From NCBI GenBank assembly GCA_045863395.1, contig BTVJ01000009.1, positions 1 to 64,000 on the forward strand: 64,000 bases of DNA. Reading direction: 5' to 3'. This DNA is from Myxococcales bacterium (GTDB lineage Bacteria; Myxococcota_A; UBA9042; JABWCM01; BTVJ01). Of the stretch, positions 61,404 through 64,000 are shown one piece after another (position 1 is the first letter of the stretch; the number at the start of each line of letters is the position of its first letter). Both the position numbers and the translations under genes were made by a program. Below the pieces are notes generated by a model. It did no database searches. It was given only the letters and a program-made list of their open reading frames with translations, and was not told where the DNA came from.

Positions 61404-63874
61404 CCCTGGTGGCGCCGGGCCCCCGCTTCGTGGGGAGGGCGCGCGAGCTCGCCGCGCTGCGTGACGACCCCTCCCGCCTCGTCACCCTGTGGGGCCCCGG
61501 CGGCATCGGGAAGACGCGCCTCGCCCTCGAGCATGCGCGGCGGGAGGCGGGGGCGGCGCTGGTCGCGGACGCCGTCGAGGCGCGGGACACGGACGGGCTC
61601 GCCGCCGCGGTCGCGCGGGCGCTCGACGCTCACCTGGGCGCGGGGGACCCGGTGGCGCGCGTCGGCGCCCTGCTCGCCGCCCGCGGGGACGCGCTGCTGG
61701 TCGTCGACAACGCGGAGCAGGCGACCGCGGCCATCGGGCAGGCGGTCGCCGCGTGGCTGGAGGCCGCCCCGGCGCTGCGGGTGCTCGTCACGACGCGGGA
61801 GCGCCTCCGCCTGCCTGCGGAGCACGTCATCGAGGTCGGCCCGCTGCCGCTGCCCGACGCCGACGAGGACACGGACGCGACGGCCCTGCTCGTGGACCGG
61901 GTCCAGCGGGTCGCCCCGGGCTTCGCCGTGACGCCGGCGACCCGCGCCCGGGTGGCGGCGCTGCTCCGGGCCCTGGACGGGATCCCGCTCGCCATCGAGC
62001 TCGCCGCCGCGCGCTTCGACGTCCTCGGGCTCGACGGCCTGCTGGAGGGGGGGCTCCTCGACCTGGGCGCCCGGGGGCTGCCCGACCGGCAGAGCACGGT
62101 GCGGCGCGCCCTGGAGTGGTCCTGGGACCTGCTCGGCGACCCGGAGCGCCGCGCGCTGGCGTGGCTGTCGGTGTTCCGGGGCGGCTTCCATCCGTCCGCC
62201 GCCCTCGCCGTGCTGGGGGCCGGCGCCCTCGCCCCGCTCGGGGGGCTGCGCGACCGCTCGCTCCTGTGGTCCCGGGTGGACGACGAGGGGCGGGTGCGCC
62301 TCGGGCTGCTCGACGCGGTGCGTGCGTTCGCCGCCGAGCGCCTGGAGGCGAGCGGGGATGCAGCCGAGGCCGAGGCCCGGCACGCGACCTGGGTGCTCGG
62401 CGCGGCGGAGGGCTGGGTCGCGTTGGGGACGGCTGGTGTCCCGCGCCTCGAGGAGGAGCAGGCAAACCTGGTGGCCGTCCTCGAGCGGGCGGGCGGCACC
62501 GTCTCCGCTGGGGACGCGCTGCGGGCGGCCCTGGCGCTGGAGCCCGTGATGACGTCGCGCGGCCCCCTGGAGTCCTACCGTTCCTTCCTGTGCCGGGCGC
62601 TGGCGCTGGCGCCGGACCACGCCCTCGCGGGCCAGGGACGCCGGGCGCGGGGGCGGGCGGCGCACCTCCAGGGCCGGGCGGCGGAGGGGCACGCCGATCT
62701 GGAGGCGGCGATCACCGCGGCCCAGCGCGCAGGAGACCCGCCGGCAGAGGCAGACGCCCTCGCGGACCTGGGGGTCCTGTGCCAGAAGGAGCGGCGCCTG
62801 GACGAGGCGCGCGCCTGCTACGAGCGGGCCCTGGCGCTCCTCGGCCGCGAGCCCGCCGCCGTCGGCCAGGCCCGCGAGGGGCGCCTCCTCGGCAACCTGG
62901 CGGCGGTCCACCACGACGAGGGCCACCTGGATCAGGCGCGCGCCGCCTACGGCACGGCGCTGGAGCGCATCCGGGCGGCAGACGACCCGCGCCTGGAGGG
63001 AGTGTTCCTCGGGAACCTGGCGCTCCTCGACCAGGAGGCCGGCGACCTCGGCGCCGCGGAGGCCCGCCTGGACGCAGCCGTCCGCCTGCTCGCCGGGCGC
63101 GACCGCCGCCTGCAGGGCGTGGCCCGGGGCAACCTGGGCGCCGTGCTCTTGGAAGGGGGCCGCCTCGACGACGCGGAGGCAGCGCTCGTGGAGGCGGCGG
63201 CGACGCTGGCGTCCGTCGGCGACCAGCGCTCCCTCGGGCTGTGTGAGGCGCGCCTGGCGGCCCTCGACGCGGTGCGGGGGCGGACGCGGGACGCCCGGCA
63301 GCGGGCGGACGCGGCGCGCCTGCGCCTCGGCGCCATCGGGGATGCGGTGGCCCAGGGCGCGGCGCAGGTCGCCGAGGCGTGCGCGGAGGTGGCCGAGGCC
63401 GCCCGCGCGGTGGCGGAGGGCAAGGACGCGGGGGCGCTGCTGGCGCGGGCGCGGGCGAGGGTCACTGCGGTGGAGGCGGAGCGCTCCGACGACGTGCGGA
63501 CGCTGGTCCGCGTGCTGCGGCACATCGAGGCGCGCATCGGGGGCGCCTCGGAGTCCGCGCTGGAGGTGGGCCCCGAGGCGCAGTTCCTCTGCACCCCGGC
63601 GGGCCAGCGCGTGGACCTGGGCCGGCGCCACGCCCTGCGCGGCATGGTGCAGCGCCTGCTCCTGCACCGCACGGAGCAGCCCGGCGCGGGCCTGCCCCTC
63701 GAAGCGCTCCGCGAGGCCGGGTGGCCGGGCGAGCGCATGGCGCCGGAGTCGGGGGCGAACCGCGTGTACGTCGCCATCGCGACCCTGCGCAAGCTGGGCC
63801 TGGACGCGCTGCTGCTGCACGGCGAGGACGGCTACCGGCTGGACGAGCGCGTCCCGCTGCGGAGCGCCGACTGA
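61400..63874 (+). CDS. STAND-like ATPase (NB-ARC/AAA) + TPR + C-terminal winged-helix regulator
   Basis: FVGR..EL, GPGGIGKT, VVDN.E, LDGIPLAIELAA, TPRs, C-terminal WPGE...NRVYVAI..LRK.GL; GTGA coupling. Confidence 0.88.
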   Translation: MTLVAPGPRFVGRARELAALRDDPSRLVTLWGPGGIGKTRLALEHARREAGAALVADAVEARDTDGLAAAVARALDAHLGAGDPVARVGALLAARGDALLVVDNAEQATAAIGQAVAAWLEAAPALRVLVTTRERLRLPAEHVIEVGPLPLPDADEDTDATALLVDRVQRVAPGFAVTPATRARVAALLRALDGIPLAIELAAARFDVLGLDGLLEGGLLDLGARGLPDRQSTVRRALEWSWDLLGDPERRALAWLSVFRGGFHPSAALAVLGAGALAPLGGLRDRSLLWSRVDDEGRVRLGLLDAVRAFAAERLEASGDAAEAEARHATWVLGAAEGWVALGTAGVPRLEEEQANLVAVLERAGGTVSAGDALRAALALEPVMTSRGPLESYRSFLCRALALAPDHALAGQGRRARGRAAHLQGRAAEGHADLEAAITAAQRAGDPPAEADALADLGVLCQKERRLDEARACYERALALLGREPAAVGQAREGRLLGNLAAVHHDEGHLDQARAAYGTALERIRAADDPRLEGVFLGNLALLDQEAGDLGAAEARLDAAVRLLAGRDRRLQGVARGNLGAVLLEGGRLDDAEAALVEAAATLASVGDQRSLGLCEARLAALDAVRGRTRDARQRADAARLRLGAIGDAVAQGAAQVAEACAEVAEAARAVAEGKDAGALLARARARVTAVEAERSDDVRTLVRVLRHIEARIGGASESALEVGPEAQFLCTPAGQRVDLGRRHALRGMVQRLLLHRTEQPGAGLPLEALREAGWPGERMAPESGANRVYVAIATLRKLGLDALLLHGEDGYRLDERVPLRSAD

Positions 63875-64000
63875 CGGCGCGTGGGGCCGCTCGGGGGGGC
63901 TGCGCCCGGCGCTCCTCGCCCCCCTCGGGACGCCGCCCGCGCCGCGGTTCCGCCCGGATTCCGCGCACCCCCGCGCCCGTCCCTTTGACCGGACGACCAC

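Noticed and set aside
59427..62156. Diversity-generating retroelement (TR/VR pair)
   Set aside because: Only about half of the mismatches are at adenines, there is an indel, the target is an internal ATPase segment, and no reverse transcriptase is present in the window.
50850..64000. tRNA-Pro-anchored integrative element or prophage
   Set aside because: No integrase or phage genes, and I saw no duplicated tRNA 3' end within the window; it could lie beyond the window edge.

Overview
High-GC bacterial DNA. The gene content suggests a Myxococcota/deltaproteobacterial genome (many Cys-rich lipoproteins, a Ser/Thr kinase-PEGA pair, a sigma54 two-component system); this taxonomy is inferred. Housekeeping blocks: trxB, a RluA-family synthase, a partial NADH dehydrogenase operon (nuoA-C-D-G-H-I), a fused E1 2-oxoacid dehydrogenase, thrS, an ABC-F protein, PRODH-CinA-like-mtnP-pfkB-psd, and tRNA-Val-rpmI-rplT-ihfA-merR-tRNA-Pro-mobB. 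Two accessory regions (~20.3-29.7 kb and ~51.5-64 kb) each have, near their start, a copy of the same 164-bp non-coding MITE-like element with 17-bp TIRs and a TCA target duplication. The first region encodes a ~2000-aa tandem-subtilase/FG-GAP protein with a disrupted N-terminus. The second contains LVIVD and DUF4397 surface proteins plus a decayed defence-like patch: a helicase remnant, vapBC, an Rpn-like gene with an apparent intragenic start for a small C-terminal antitoxin, and a scrambled duplicate of the downstream lipoprotein/ATPase-TPR operon. All calls come from reading motifs by eye; no database searches were run.
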